NCBI GenBank assembly: GCA_020347645.1
Contig: CP070736.1
Location: forward strand, 6,451 to 70,450
DNA length: 64,000 nt
Source of the DNA: Methanobacteriota archaeon
GTDB taxonomy: Archaea; Thermoplasmatota; Thermoplasmata; UBA10834
Direction of reading: 5' to 3'
Within the stretch, counting starts at the first letter, position 1, and the number at the start of each line of letters is the position of its first letter. The notes under the pieces were generated by a model. It did no database searches. It saw only the letters and a program-made list of their open reading frames with translations, and had not been told where the DNA came from. The position numbers and the translations under genes are program-made. Shown in pieces: positions 47,923 through 58,192 of the stretch.

Positions 47923-49209
47923 TCAATACGCGGACGCGTCAGCTTTCATGTACTCCCTCAGCAGACACGTGGCGTAGCATCCTTTATTGAGCGCGAACTT
48001 GAAGGTGACCGCGTCGTTCTCGAAAATGGTGTCGAAGTCTTTCACAGGAGCAAGTAGTTCTCTACGAGTGCCCTTCGAAGACGCCTCCCTCAATCCGACT
48101 ATCTGGAAGTCCTTCGCAGAAACGCCCTCGTCTTGAATCACTCTCCTCTCTATCTCGCCCATTTCTCCACTGGCTAATACGGACTCGCTGCCGAACAGAG
48201 CCCCACTCACGAACGCCTTGCCCTCGGCCGCGTTCCTTGTAGCCTTGACGATGTTTTCCTCAGTGACTTCTATCGGATCGCCGTGGTTCGGAACTCCATC
48301 CTTCGACAATGGCAACACTAAATCGCCAAGTACGGGTTCATGGATCGACAAACCACGCCGCAACCTCTCGCTTAATATGCGGTTGAACATGAACGACTGA
48401 TAGGCGTGAACGAACATCATCACCAGGTTCCTTGGCAGCCTCCTAAGTGCTCCTATGTAATCACCGGGGTTCTCCGCCAAGTGGGATATGATGATTCTCT
48501 CGAAGGTGAATTTGGTCGGGAATTCCGCCATCGCCTTTTCGAAATCTCTCGTTTGTTGGAGATGGTCTCTTGCTTCGTCTCCCTCCGAGCCGTTATGCAT
48601 CGGATTGCCGATATATCTCATCACAGCTGATTCGGCGTCACTTCTCGAGAGGTCGCGTCCGACCAGATGCGTTATGGGTCTAATCGAGCCGAACCTCTGA
48701 ACCCCGAAGAAATTCGGGAATCCAATAGTTTCGTTCAGCTTCTCATGGATTTCATGGCAAATGCGTCTGGCATCCCTTTCCTCTTCAAGGTCTCTGACCG
48801 CGACAGCGAACCTGTTGCCTATCAAGTCGCCTATCGCAATTGCACGGCTAGAGGTGTACGCTTCGAGAATCTTCACGTCAGGTATCCGAAGCGAGGTGAC
48901 CGCCTCAATCGGCGCCCTAAATGACATTAGCTGTGTGGCAACCGATCTGCCATCCTTGGTCCCAGCGAAACCGACGCTTGCCCGTCCGATACGCAGGTTG
49001 CTGCCCAACCTTCTGAAGAGCCTGTTCGCCTCCCAGTTCCTATGACAGACACGTGCTATGACATAATTCCCCGAGAGAACCTCCTGAGGTCTTATCGAAA
49101 TCTCATCCACCACAAAGTCGTCCGGCGACTTCTTTAGTCTTCCACCGATGCCAGGAAGTCCCTCGGTGTAGAATCGTTCAAGTCCAAGGCTCGCCTCGTC
49201 GATCATCAC
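47923..49209 (-). CDS. truD: tRNA pseudouridine(13) synthase
   Basis: PDDFVVDE, FAGTKD, GNRF and NFFGVQRFG motifs. Confidence 0.95.
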   Translation of the reverse strand: MMIDEASLGLERFYTEGLPGIGGRLKKSPDDFVVDEISIRPQEVLSGNYVIARVCHRNWEANRLFRRLGSNLRIGRASVGFAGTKDGRSVATQLMSFRAPIEAVTSLRIPDVKILEAYTSSRAIAIGDLIGNRFAVAVRDLEEERDARRICHEIHEKLNETIGFPNFFGVQRFGSIRPITHLVGRDLSRSDAESAVMRYIGNPMHNGSEGDEARDHLQQTRDFEKAMAEFPTKFTFERIIISHLAENPGDYIGALRRLPRNLVMMFVHAYQSFMFNRILSERLRRGLSIHEPVLGDLVLPLSKDGVPNHGDPIEVTEENIVKATRNAAEGKAFVSGALFGSESVLASGEMGEIERRVIQDEGVSAKDFQIVGLREASSKGTRRELLAPVKDFDTIFENDAVTFKFALNKGCYATCLLREYMKADASAY

Positions 49210-49257
49210 GCCAGTACAATCCTATGGGGTGGAGTAAAATCTTTCGGAGAGGACGAG

Positions 49258-49530
49258 TCAGAGCTGCTTTTCAATCAGCTGCCTGGTCTCGACAAACTGA
49301 TTGGCAAGCGCCTTGGCGGCCTTCTTGAGTGCCGCCTGAGGTTTCCCGTCCTTGACAACAACCGTTAGCACGGCTTTATCAAGCTGAGGATGGCCAGTGG
49401 AATATCGTGCGTCCTTGACGTTCTTGTCCTCCAACAGCTCATGGATGAGTGGGTATATGAGAGTCTCATCAGATTCTTCGATCTCTATTTTTATGAGATT
49501 CTTCTTCTTCTCGACCAGCTTGAACTCCAT
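49258..49530 (-). CDS. rpoL: DNA-directed RNA polymerase subunit L (Rpo11)
   Basis: Rpo11-sized ORF with ETL.....EL and Y..GHP pattern. Confidence 0.85.
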   Translation of the reverse strand: MEFKLVEKKKNLIKIEIEESDETLIYPLIHELLEDKNVKDARYSTGHPQLDKAVLTVVVKDGKPQAALKKAAKALANQFVETRQLIEKQL

Positions 49531-49645
49531 GGAACTCGGACCTCTCGTATGGACAAATGGTTCATAAAGCTTCCTGCTGCAGTCCTCCTGCCTCGCTCGT
49601 ATGGCCAGTCAGCTCGAATATAGCTTTCAGAAGTCTGGGGCCGGC

Positions 49646-49801
49646 CTACTGCTCGCCCTTGTTCTCTTCCTGTTCTTCGTCCCTGCGGAAGATCGAGCCG
49701 CACAGCGAGCATATATCGACTGTTTCGGCTTCCGCGGTTTTGGTGGCAATAACCTTCAGCACGCACGTGCCATCACACATTGGGCACTTTTTATCTGGCA
49801 T
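49646..49801 (-). CDS. Small Zn-ribbon protein (51 aa; absent from ORF track)
   Basis: Hand translation MPDKKCPMCDGTCVLKVIATKTAEAETVDICSLCGSIFRRDEEQEENKGEQ. GGAGG SD upstream; start overlaps the end of hef. Confidence 0.65.
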   Translation of the reverse strand: MPDKKCPMCDGTCVLKVIATKTAEAETVDICSLCGSIFRRDEEQEENKGEQ

Positions 49802-52133
49802 GGGGAACATCCTCCTCTTCGAAAGTATTCCGCATCACAGTATGAATGCTCTGGGCAATAACCCTTCCCACACCATTAACCTCCAATAGCTGTTGGGGAC
49901 TCGCGTCTGCGATCTTCTCAAGGCTGCCGAAATGCTCCAACAGCCTCTGCGCCAACGTGGCTGAGACATTCGGCAGACCCTGGATCAGAAAGAGCTGCCG
50001 CTCCTCATTATCCGGAGTTGTCTGGAGCGCTCCTGCACCGCCGAAACGTTCGGTCTCCTGTTTGTGCAGCGCTCTGACAGCCGCTATCGTCTCGGCCGTG
50101 TCTGCCGTCGAGAAGACAGTCCTTCCGAAATCGGATAGGAGCAACCCGAGGGCGTCGTATACCGTGGCATTGGAAGCCTCGGTACCCTTACCTTCGGGCG
50201 GTCCCTGGACTATGAGAATCGGGTGAAGAAACCGGTGCTTCATCTTCGCCAGGAGAGAGAGCAACCCCTCCTCAGACATCTCCGATATGAACTGTTCGAC
50301 CGTCCTCAACGTTATACCTACCCTGCCAGACAAAACTATATCTGCGCACTCAAGTGCAGCGGATCTGACGGGCAACCCCGCCTCAATCAGGCTTCTGTGC
50401 AACGGAGATCCATCAAGCCGATGCGATATCATGAGTTCAGAACCGATATTCTTCTGATTGACGTCGTATTCGGATAGCGATTTCTGGCCAGCGACATCGG
50501 CCGTCTTACGAGATCGTCGCTCCTTGTCTGTCAGTTCATCGGGAACCATCAACCCCGATATCTCACCCTTCTCCAGGGTGTTTCTGTGAGATGGTATCTC
50601 CGAAAGGCCTTTGCGCGTCCTGAGCTTCTTTCTGAGGCTCTCCAGCTGACGCTTCATCTGCAGTTCCTTGTTTCGAGACGACCAGAAGTATGCTTCGTCC
50701 TTTGTGCCCTTTGTCATCAGTATGACGACTCTCCCAGATTGCCTTCTTCCAGTCCTACCTCTTCTCTGGATGGTCCTGATCTCTGAAGGAACGGGTTCGT
50801 AGAAGACGACTAGGTCTGTGGCAGGTATATCCAGCCCTTCCTCCGCGATGGAGGTCGCAACCAAGACGTTATACCCGCCGCTCTGAAACCTCTCTATGAC
50901 CTCTCGTTGCTCCTTCTGCTTCAAGCCGACGTCCTCGCCCTTGCTAGCCTGTCCCACAAATCGAACAGGTCGCAGGCCTTCGACGGTTCCCAAGCGGTTG
51001 GTGATAAGATCACAAGTGTCGCGGTAATGTGTGAACACTATCGCTCGAGAATCCGGCTTGGTTTTGAACTGCGAGTCAAGTATGGGAATCAACTTATCCA
51101 GCTTGGGGTGGTCTTCAGTCATCTTATATAGCTCGGCTCTGGCTTGCTGGAATCGCGCATCTTTGATGAGAGTCCTCACTGCCTTTGATCGTTTGTTCTC
51201 CTCAGCCAGATTGATCTGCTTCTCAAAGTAATTCTCCAAAGCGCCCCTTCCCTGAGTTTCCGCGAGTTCGATGCCATGATTGACTTTCATTGCGAGGGCC
51301 TGGGCGCTGGCTATGCTGAATAGGCTGTAGGTCTTCTTGCCTGAATTGAGCTGTGATCTGATGGTCGCGCCCGCGGCGAGCAGGTCTCGAGTAGTGATCG
51401 GCTTCTTGGGATCAAGGAAGCCAGCTGCTCGGAGCTTCACCACCTGTTCGTCGAATATCTGCTTTAGAAATGCCACTATTCTGGCCATGCCTCGTTGCAT
51501 TGGAACCTCGACGAATTCCATCTTGACATCCTGAGTGTAGTCCACGACGTCGTCGTCGAGTTCGGACCGTATTTCGACCCAAGTGATTCCCAGGTTTTCG
51601 CAGACATTCGCTATCTTCGAAACATTCGAGCCAGGCGAGGCGGTCAGCCCCAAAATCAGGCAATTGCGTCCGAATAACGCTTTGCCGATGAATACATATG
51701 CGTAATCGCCGACAGCCCTGTGCGCCTCGTCGAACACCACAAGATCAAATCTGGAGAGGTCGACCATTCCCGAGCCTATATCGTTTGCAGCGACCTGAGG
51801 AGTGGAGATGACAAGCCTGCCTTCCGCCCAACCTTCCCTCCTGCGCTCCGGAGGAATCTCACCGGTGAAGACCAATGGTTCGAATCCGATGAGGTGGTCT
51901 CTCAGAAACTTCGAATGCTGCTCGACCAATGGCTTGGTCGGCGCCATAAACAGAACCGCACCCTTCTTTCTACTCAGAGTTTCCGCTGTTAGAAATAGGG
52001 CTACAACCGTCTTTCCCATGCCTGTGGGAAGCACGACAAGCGTTGGCTCTTCGAGGGCAGCACGGGCGATGTTGGCTTGGTAATCCCTTAGTTCGATGCT
52101 CGAAGGCTTTATCAGTTCATGCTCCAGGAACAC
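49791..52133 (-). CDS. hef: Hef helicase (SF2 DEAH) with C-terminal ERCC4-like and HhH domains
   Basis: PTGMGKT, DEAH and QRRGRTGR motifs, plus C-terminal LPNVSATLAQRLL HhH. Confidence 0.92.
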   Translation of the reverse strand: MFLEHELIKPSSIELRDYQANIARAALEEPTLVVLPTGMGKTVVALFLTAETLSRKKGAVLFMAPTKPLVEQHSKFLRDHLIGFEPLVFTGEIPPERRREGWAEGRLVISTPQVAANDIGSGMVDLSRFDLVVFDEAHRAVGDYAYVFIGKALFGRNCLILGLTASPGSNVSKIANVCENLGITWVEIRSELDDDVVDYTQDVKMEFVEVPMQRGMARIVAFLKQIFDEQVVKLRAAGFLDPKKPITTRDLLAAGATIRSQLNSGKKTYSLFSIASAQALAMKVNHGIELAETQGRGALENYFEKQINLAEENKRSKAVRTLIKDARFQQARAELYKMTEDHPKLDKLIPILDSQFKTKPDSRAIVFTHYRDTCDLITNRLGTVEGLRPVRFVGQASKGEDVGLKQKEQREVIERFQSGGYNVLVATSIAEEGLDIPATDLVVFYEPVPSEIRTIQRRGRTGRRQSGRVVILMTKGTKDEAYFWSSRNKELQMKRQLESLRKKLRTRKGLSEIPSHRNTLEKGEISGLMVPDELTDKERRSRKTADVAGQKSLSEYDVNQKNIGSELMISHRLDGSPLHRSLIEAGLPVRSAALECADIVLSGRVGITLRTVEQFISEMSEEGLLSLLAKMKHRFLHPILIVQGPPEGKGTEASNATVYDALGLLLSDFGRTVFSTADTAETIAAVRALHKQETERFGGAGALQTTPDNEERQLFLIQGLPNVSATLAQRLLEHFGSLEKIADASPQQLLEVNGVGRVIAQSIHTVMRNTFEEEDVPHAR

Positions 52134-52187
52134 GGACCTTTGACCGCTGCTCCTGCTTATCTAAGTTTGCCGGGAAGAGAGGCGAAT

Positions 52188-52508
52188 CTAGTGGCATCCA
52201 GCACAGGCGCTGCTGCACGATGACGCAGACTTGACCTTCACGACGACTCCAGGACCCTGCGGAGTGTCCACCGAGTCGATTGTGGCTTCCCTCAGACTCT
52301 CCTCGAGGGTCCTATCGTAGATCAGCGTGATTCCGTTTTCCTTCACCTCAACATCCTCATCCTTCTTCTTGTCGAAAGCCATCATGAAGGCGGGGCCAGA
52401 ACACGAATATCCAGCGAAGACTATTCTGATGGGGTCGTCCTTCTTCTCTTCAGCCACTATCGACTTGATTGTCTCGCATGCCTTGGGCGTGATTGTAATC
52501 ATTGTCAC
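52188..52508 (-). CDS. HesB/IscA-like Fe-S cluster biogenesis family protein
   Basis: ITITPKA, GYSCSGP and Cys-rich C-terminus. Confidence 0.8.
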   Translation of the reverse strand: MTMITITPKACETIKSIVAEEKKDDPIRIVFAGYSCSGPAFMMAFDKKKDEDVEVKENGITLIYDRTLEESLREATIDSVDTPQGPGVVVKVKSASSCSSACAGCH

Positions 52509-52586
52509 TAGCCTCAGTGAGTTGTCAGGTAGGGGCCATATTTAAGAGTTTTCGCCTAACACATGTCGGCCACAATGGAATGGCAG

Positions 52587-53849
52587 TCATTGTCCAATCC
52601 TGTCGAAGCTCGTGCTGTTGATGGGTTTGGTGGCATCTATGCCAATCTTTGCCGTCGTCTGACTCGCACTGGGGTCGAGGCTGCTGCCTCGCGCGTTGTT
52701 CACTATTAGCAAGTCTCTGTCCCCCTGGAATCTCGTGGCGATGGCCCATTCTACTGCCCTGTCGTCATATACGTCGATGTCATCGTCGACCGCCACTACC
52801 AGCTTCATCGAGGTATGCGCTCCGAGGGCTGCGAGAACTGCGTTCACGCCATCGCCCTCCTTCTGCTTTGTTATTGAAACCAGACCGTGTAGCCAACAAC
52901 ACCCTCCCTCTGTGAGTCTAACGGCGTGGACCTCCGGCACAGCCACGCTGACAGCCTTCTTGATAACCGGTTCCCTCGGCAGACCCATCATGAGGTAGTG
53001 TTCGGGTGAGGCCGGTAGGATGATTTGGAATACTGCGTCATCCCTGTAGTAAATCCGATCGATCGTTAGTATCGGCTGCTTCCTGACCGCGTCCTGGGTG
53101 CCAGTTATGTCAACGAAGGGCCCTTCGTCCGTCAATTCATCCGTGAGTCTCCCTTCAAAGACATATTCAGCGTATGCTGGAACGAGGAGACCGTTCTCTA
53201 TCCTTCGGACCGCCACAGGCTCCTTAAGACAAAGTTGTCTCAGCGTATTGGCTATCTCGAGTTCGTCCGTCCCAAGCTCAACAGTCATTGCTGCCGAGAG
53301 TAGGACCGAAGGACAAAGGCCGATCGCCACCGCCACCTTAAGCTCCTCACCATTCGACTTGGCTCTCCTGTGCAGTGCATGCAGGTGTCTGGGCACGATT
53401 CGAATGGCCAGGCGATTTTCGTCGATTAGCATCATCCTGTGGAACGACATGTTCCTCTTGCCCTCATACTCAGTTATGATGACCCCTGCGGTAACATATC
53501 TGCCTCCATCACCCTCGTAGAATCTCGGAATCGCTGATTCCCTGAGATCGAATTCGGTCAGGACGTTCTCCTCGAAAGGTGCTCGGTCCACCTCTTGAGG
53601 AGGTGAGGGTGACCCCATCGCCTCTAGCATGTGCGACGAGAGCTGCTCCGAATTCGAGTTCAAGGCCTCCTCGATTCTCTTCCTGCTAGCCCAGAGATTG
53701 CCTACGGCTCTGTGTCCGTCTAGGTTCTCGAACAGGACCGGCGCTTCTCCAGCCCTAGCGAGGTACTTGGTGATCTCCAGGTCCTTGGATACTCTCCCTT
53801 TGACGATCACAGTTTCTTCGTATCTAGCTAAGAGGGATCTGATGGACAG
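52587..53849 (-). CDS. UbiD family decarboxylase (probable CTG start; GTG 53810 alternative)
   Basis: NMSFHRM, EYVFEG, EGPFVDITG and WAIATRFQ motifs. Confidence 0.92.
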   Translation of the reverse strand: MSIRSLLARYEETVIVKGRVSKDLEITKYLARAGEAPVLFENLDGHRAVGNLWASRKRIEEALNSNSEQLSSHMLEAMGSPSPPQEVDRAPFEENVLTEFDLRESAIPRFYEGDGGRYVTAGVIITEYEGKRNMSFHRMMLIDENRLAIRIVPRHLHALHRRAKSNGEELKVAVAIGLCPSVLLSAAMTVELGTDELEIANTLRQLCLKEPVAVRRIENGLLVPAYAEYVFEGRLTDELTDEGPFVDITGTQDAVRKQPILTIDRIYYRDDAVFQIILPASPEHYLMMGLPREPVIKKAVSVAVPEVHAVRLTEGGCCWLHGLVSITKQKEGDGVNAVLAALGAHTSMKLVVAVDDDIDVYDDRAVEWAIATRFQGDRDLLIVNNARGSSLDPSASQTTAKIGIDATKPINSTSFDRIGQ

Positions 53850-53997
53850 ATGACCACCGGGTTCTGGATGACTGAGAGCGTATATCTATCCTTTCGTCGC
53901 CAGGATAGGAATCTGCTGCCTCGGAAAGCCTGTGGGTGAACTGTGGCCACTTCCCGGTCTTAGACTTTTTATACATACCCATCTATCGAGAGGTACA

Positions 53998-55665
53998 GTG
54001 AATGTTGAAGCGGTAGTCCGGAAATACGCACTACAGAATGCGGTCTTCTACGGGGGCAAGGCGACCATAGGCGCAGTCATGGGGAAGGTAATGGCTGAGA
54101 ACCCAGACCTCCGGCCTAGGGCAAAAGAGATTTCGACTCTCGCAGAATCGATAGTAGCCGAGGTCAATGCCATGCCGTCTGAAGCGCAGAGGAAGAGTCT
54201 CCAGGAGAACGCTCCCGATCTTCTCGTGAGAGAAACCAAGCCCAAGGAGTTTTCGCTTCCTGATCTGGCCGCAGTTGAAGGACCAGTGCGAATGAGAATC
54301 GCTCCCAACCCTTCCGGGCCGCTGCATGTTGGCCATAGCAGAATGGCCATCTTGAACGACGAGTACGTCAAACGCTACGGCGGCAAATGCATCAATAGGT
54401 TCGAGGACACAGACCCTGCCAGAATCGATCCGTCTGGATACGATTCCATACTGGCAGATCTCGATTGGCTGGATGTGAAGATCAGCGAGACGGTAATCCA
54501 GAGCGACAGATTCGAGCTGTACTACGGAGCGGCGAAGAGGCTCCTTGAAATTGGCAAGGCATACATCTGCACATGCCAGCCTGATTTTTGGCGGGATTTG
54601 AAGGCCAAGAAGAAGCCGTGTCCGCACCGAGAAGAACCAATTTCGGAGCAGAACGCACGTTGGGATCTCATGTTCGACGGTGGGTTCGGGCAGGAGGAGG
54701 CTTCCCTGATCGTGAAGACTGACCTCTCTCACCCGAACCCGGCGATTCGCGATTTCGTCGCATTGAGGATCGATGAAACACCTCATCCTAGAACTGGCAC
54801 CCGCTATCGCGTGTATCCGCTCATGAACCTGGCGGTAGCCGTCGACGATCACGAGCTGGAGTTGACGCATGTCCTCAGAGGCAAAGACCATCTCAACAAT
54901 ACGTACAGGCAGCTCTACATCTACGATTATATGGGCTGGGACAAGCCGACTTACGTCCATTATGGGAGGGTTTCAATGGGAGAGATACAGCTGTCCACTT
55001 CCAAGATGTCCGCTGGCATTACCGAGGGTCTTTATGCTGGCTGGGATGATCCACAGCTTGGCACCCTATCAGCTCTGAGGAGACGGGGGATAAGGCCGGA
55101 GTCTATTCGGCGGTACTGGATAGAAGCAGGTGTGAAAGAGGTCGACATCGAGTTCTCATGGAAGACTCTTTACGCATTCAACAAGGAGGTCGTGGACGAC
55201 AGCGCTGGACGTTTCTTCTTTGTAGACGAACCGATGAGAATGCCGTTGAAGGCTCCTTCAGCTCTCACGGCAAATGCTCCGGTTCACCCCGCTCATCCGG
55301 AGCGAGGGACTAGGCAATTGGAGGTACCAGCAGGAGGTGCCGTGTATCTGAGCCGATCAGACGTCCCCGAGAACGGCGAAAGATTACGGCTCAAAGATCT
55401 CTGTAACATCGTCTTCCGAGATGGTGCTCTTGAGTTCGAAGGCAACGACCTCTCAGTCTTAAGGGAAGGAGTCAGAATAGTGCATTGGGTCCCTGAAGAC
55501 TCGGTTGAGGCTGAAGTCAAGATGACGGATGGAAGCACCAAGACAGGTCTTGCTGAACGGGGCATAGCATCAGCAAAGGGCGAAGTCATCCAGTTGGAAC
55601 GATTTGGCTTCGTTAGAGTGGAGGAAACATCTCCTCGCATAAGGTGCATATACGCACATCGCTGA
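53998..55665 (+). CDS. gltX: Glutamate--tRNA ligase
   Basis: RIAPNPSGPLHVGH, RFEDTDP, HVLRGKDH and QLERFGF motifs. Confidence 0.96.
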   Translation: MNVEAVVRKYALQNAVFYGGKATIGAVMGKVMAENPDLRPRAKEISTLAESIVAEVNAMPSEAQRKSLQENAPDLLVRETKPKEFSLPDLAAVEGPVRMRIAPNPSGPLHVGHSRMAILNDEYVKRYGGKCINRFEDTDPARIDPSGYDSILADLDWLDVKISETVIQSDRFELYYGAAKRLLEIGKAYICTCQPDFWRDLKAKKKPCPHREEPISEQNARWDLMFDGGFGQEEASLIVKTDLSHPNPAIRDFVALRIDETPHPRTGTRYRVYPLMNLAVAVDDHELELTHVLRGKDHLNNTYRQLYIYDYMGWDKPTYVHYGRVSMGEIQLSTSKMSAGITEGLYAGWDDPQLGTLSALRRRGIRPESIRRYWIEAGVKEVDIEFSWKTLYAFNKEVVDDSAGRFFFVDEPMRMPLKAPSALTANAPVHPAHPERGTRQLEVPAGGAVYLSRSDVPENGERLRLKDLCNIVFRDGALEFEGNDLSVLREGVRIVHWVPEDSVEAEVKMTDGSTKTGLAERGIASAKGEVIQLERFGFVRVEETSPRIRCIYAHR

Positions 55666-55678
55666 TGGCCGCAAACAC

Positions 55679-56719
55679 TCACAAATCCCAGAATGGCACG
55701 ATATCGCATGAAAGGCATGCATGGCACATCGTCTTGAATGTTAGGGGTGTCAGGTCATGATCTTTGAGCACCACTTTGTGCTTTCGTGCGAGCGCAAGCA
55801 TTCTATCAGCAGTGACCGGCTGAAGGCTGCCTATCGATGCCATAATCTCAGAAGCGTTTGCCTTATTCAGCCGCAGAGCTCTGAGCGTTGCCACCGCCCC
55901 CATGTTTGCCAACACTCTGGCGCCCTGTACGACACAGTCGTCGGTTTCTCCGAGACCGAAGATGATGTTCGAGCACACTCTGTTTCTGCCGAATACTCTG
56001 CACGCATGATTGATGGCATGAAGGGTTCCGCTGTAGTCTCTGCCAGGACAGGCTTTCTCGAATATGTCTGGGTCGAAAGTCTCGATATTCAATTTAATCT
56101 CTGTCGCTCCCGCGGCTTTAAGATCATCGATCTGTCTCGGATGAGTGACATAGGGCTCAACGCCAATAGGCGTGTCAGGCAACGCGGCTCTGATCTTTCT
56201 GACTATGTTTGACATCCTCTCAGTTACGTCATCTTGCGTCTGGGGAACACCACTGGTAAGTGCGATCCCAGCGAATCCGTCAGATGAGGCTGCTAGTACG
56301 GCCATGTTGACTATCTTGTCGTCCGTAAGGTTCTTTGTGGCATAGTGCTCAAGACGGTGGGCATTGCAGAATACGCAGTTGAAAATGCAGCTGCTGTCTA
56401 TGTTGATGAACGCTTGGAAAGGCGCGTGATGAAGCGTCGGTTGGAGATAGACATCGTCGACCACTACATCGCTTCCTCGGACTATGGTGAGACTTTCGCC
56501 ATCTTCGATGAGTTCAAACTCGCCTTCTGTGCGTGATACGACCTTCTTCGCCCTGGTGTCTCCGAATGAAATGACGATTTCGGGCAGTCCAGCTCCCGGT
56601 CCGGCGGTGGATTTGCTTGGGGAGAATGGCAATCTGAATCCCTTCGCTATCTTGACGGCACCGCCGGCCAATAGCTCTGCCTTGGCCTTAACGGCCTCCG
56701 GACTCACTTTCGCTTCCAT
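55679..56719 (-). CDS. Radical SAM protein (biotin/lipoyl synthase-related, function unknown)
   Basis: CIFNCVFC motif, KLNIET and NIIFGLGET. Confidence 0.85.
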   Translation of the reverse strand: MEAKVSPEAVKAKAELLAGGAVKIAKGFRLPFSPSKSTAGPGAGLPEIVISFGDTRAKKVVSRTEGEFELIEDGESLTIVRGSDVVVDDVYLQPTLHHAPFQAFINIDSSCIFNCVFCNAHRLEHYATKNLTDDKIVNMAVLAASSDGFAGIALTSGVPQTQDDVTERMSNIVRKIRAALPDTPIGVEPYVTHPRQIDDLKAAGATEIKLNIETFDPDIFEKACPGRDYSGTLHAINHACRVFGRNRVCSNIIFGLGETDDCVVQGARVLANMGAVATLRALRLNKANASEIMASIGSLQPVTADRMLALARKHKVVLKDHDLTPLTFKTMCHACLSCDIVPFWDL

Positions 56720-58164
56720 ACAGCACCTTCTGGGGTGTCCTGTATCTCAATGCCACGTCTTGCGAGTTCCTGACGGATGAAATCTGCCCTGGCGAAATCC
56801 TTGGAGTCCCGTGCCTCGGCTCTCGATTGGAGTAGTCTGTCAACTTCGTCATCGGTCAATGCAGAGCTCTTCAACAGAAGCTCATCCGTCTCGACGGTGT
56901 CCGGGATATCGATTCCCCCTTTGACGACCTTCGTCGTCTTCGGCTCCGTGAGCACGTCAAATATGTCGTTGAACTTGTCGAACACTGATATGATGTTCTT
57001 TACGCCATCTCTGCTGAGCCTGTCTCTCCCTTTCATCCTGTTCGCCTCTCTGGCAAGGTCGTACATGACAGCGATGGCCTCTCGCGTGTTGAAATCGTCA
57101 TCCATCTTCTTCTCGAATGCTGTCAAATAGCCCTCAGAGATTCCAGCGGCATCATCGTCTCCGGTAGCTCTTTCAGCATCAGCAAGAAGCCCCTCATATG
57201 AGTTCTGCAACTTGTCAAGAGCCTTCTCCGCGTCCTCGAGGGACTGCTCAGCATAATCGAGAGGTTGTCTATAGCTCGCGTTCAAGATGAAGAACCGTAT
57301 GGTCTGAGGAGTATACTCTTTGAGCACCTCCCTCACCAGGAAGAAGTTCTTCATCGACTTGGACATCTTCTCTTTGTCGATCGTCAGCATGCCGTTGTGC
57401 ATCCAGTACTTGACAAAGGGAGCACAATTGTACGCCTCGGACTGGAGTATCTCGTTCTCGTGATGTGGAAAAATCAGGTCCGTGCCGCCTCCGTGAATGT
57501 CTATAGTCTTGCCAAGGTGCTTCAGGCACATTGCAGAGCACTCGATGTGCCATCCCGGTCTCCCTCTTCCCCACGGGCTGTCCCACGAGATCTCCCCCGG
57601 CTTCGCTGCTTTCCACAGGGCGAAGTCCATCGGATCACGTTTGTCCTCTCCGGGTTCCTTGCGCGTGCCTGTGATCATCTGGTCGAGGGACTGGCCTGAA
57701 AGCTTGCCGTAATCTTCAACCTTTCCTACGATGAAGTACACCGATCCACCGGACTCGTAAGCTATACCCTTGTCCACAAGACCTTTGACCATCTCGATTA
57801 TGTCCGTTATGGTCTCGCTGGCCTTCGGATACGCGTTCGCTCTTCGTATCTTCAGCTCGTCCATCACGGAAAAGTACTCGTCTATCATCTGCTTTGAGAG
57901 GTCTAGTGGATCCATTCTAAGCTCGTGCGCCCTAGCGATAAGCTTGTCGTCGACGTCCGTGAAATTAGTGATGTGATTTACACTGTAACCCTTGCTGCGT
58001 AGGTATCGGACAACGACGTCGAAGTTGATCGCTGATCTCGCATGACCGAGATGGCTTTTGTCGTAGGCGGTGACTCCGCAAACATATACGCCTACCTTGC
58101 CGGTCTCCAACGGCTTGAACGGTTCCTTCCTCTTCGTCAGTGTGTTGTAAATGACCAGCGCCAT
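56704..58164 (-). CDS. cysS: Cysteine--tRNA ligase
   Basis: YVCGVT, HLGH, GRPGWHIECS, HHENE and KMSKS motifs. Confidence 0.97.
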   Translation of the reverse strand: MALVIYNTLTKRKEPFKPLETGKVGVYVCGVTAYDKSHLGHARSAINFDVVVRYLRSKGYSVNHITNFTDVDDKLIARAHELRMDPLDLSKQMIDEYFSVMDELKIRRANAYPKASETITDIIEMVKGLVDKGIAYESGGSVYFIVGKVEDYGKLSGQSLDQMITGTRKEPGEDKRDPMDFALWKAAKPGEISWDSPWGRGRPGWHIECSAMCLKHLGKTIDIHGGGTDLIFPHHENEILQSEAYNCAPFVKYWMHNGMLTIDKEKMSKSMKNFFLVREVLKEYTPQTIRFFILNASYRQPLDYAEQSLEDAEKALDKLQNSYEGLLADAERATGDDDAAGISEGYLTAFEKKMDDDFNTREAIAVMYDLAREANRMKGRDRLSRDGVKNIISVFDKFNDIFDVLTEPKTTKVVKGGIDIPDTVETDELLLKSSALTDDEVDRLLQSRAEARDSKDFARADFIRQELARRGIEIQDTPEGAVWKRK

Positions 58165-58192
58165 CGCGGGCTACCTATGCCTCAAATGGCTA

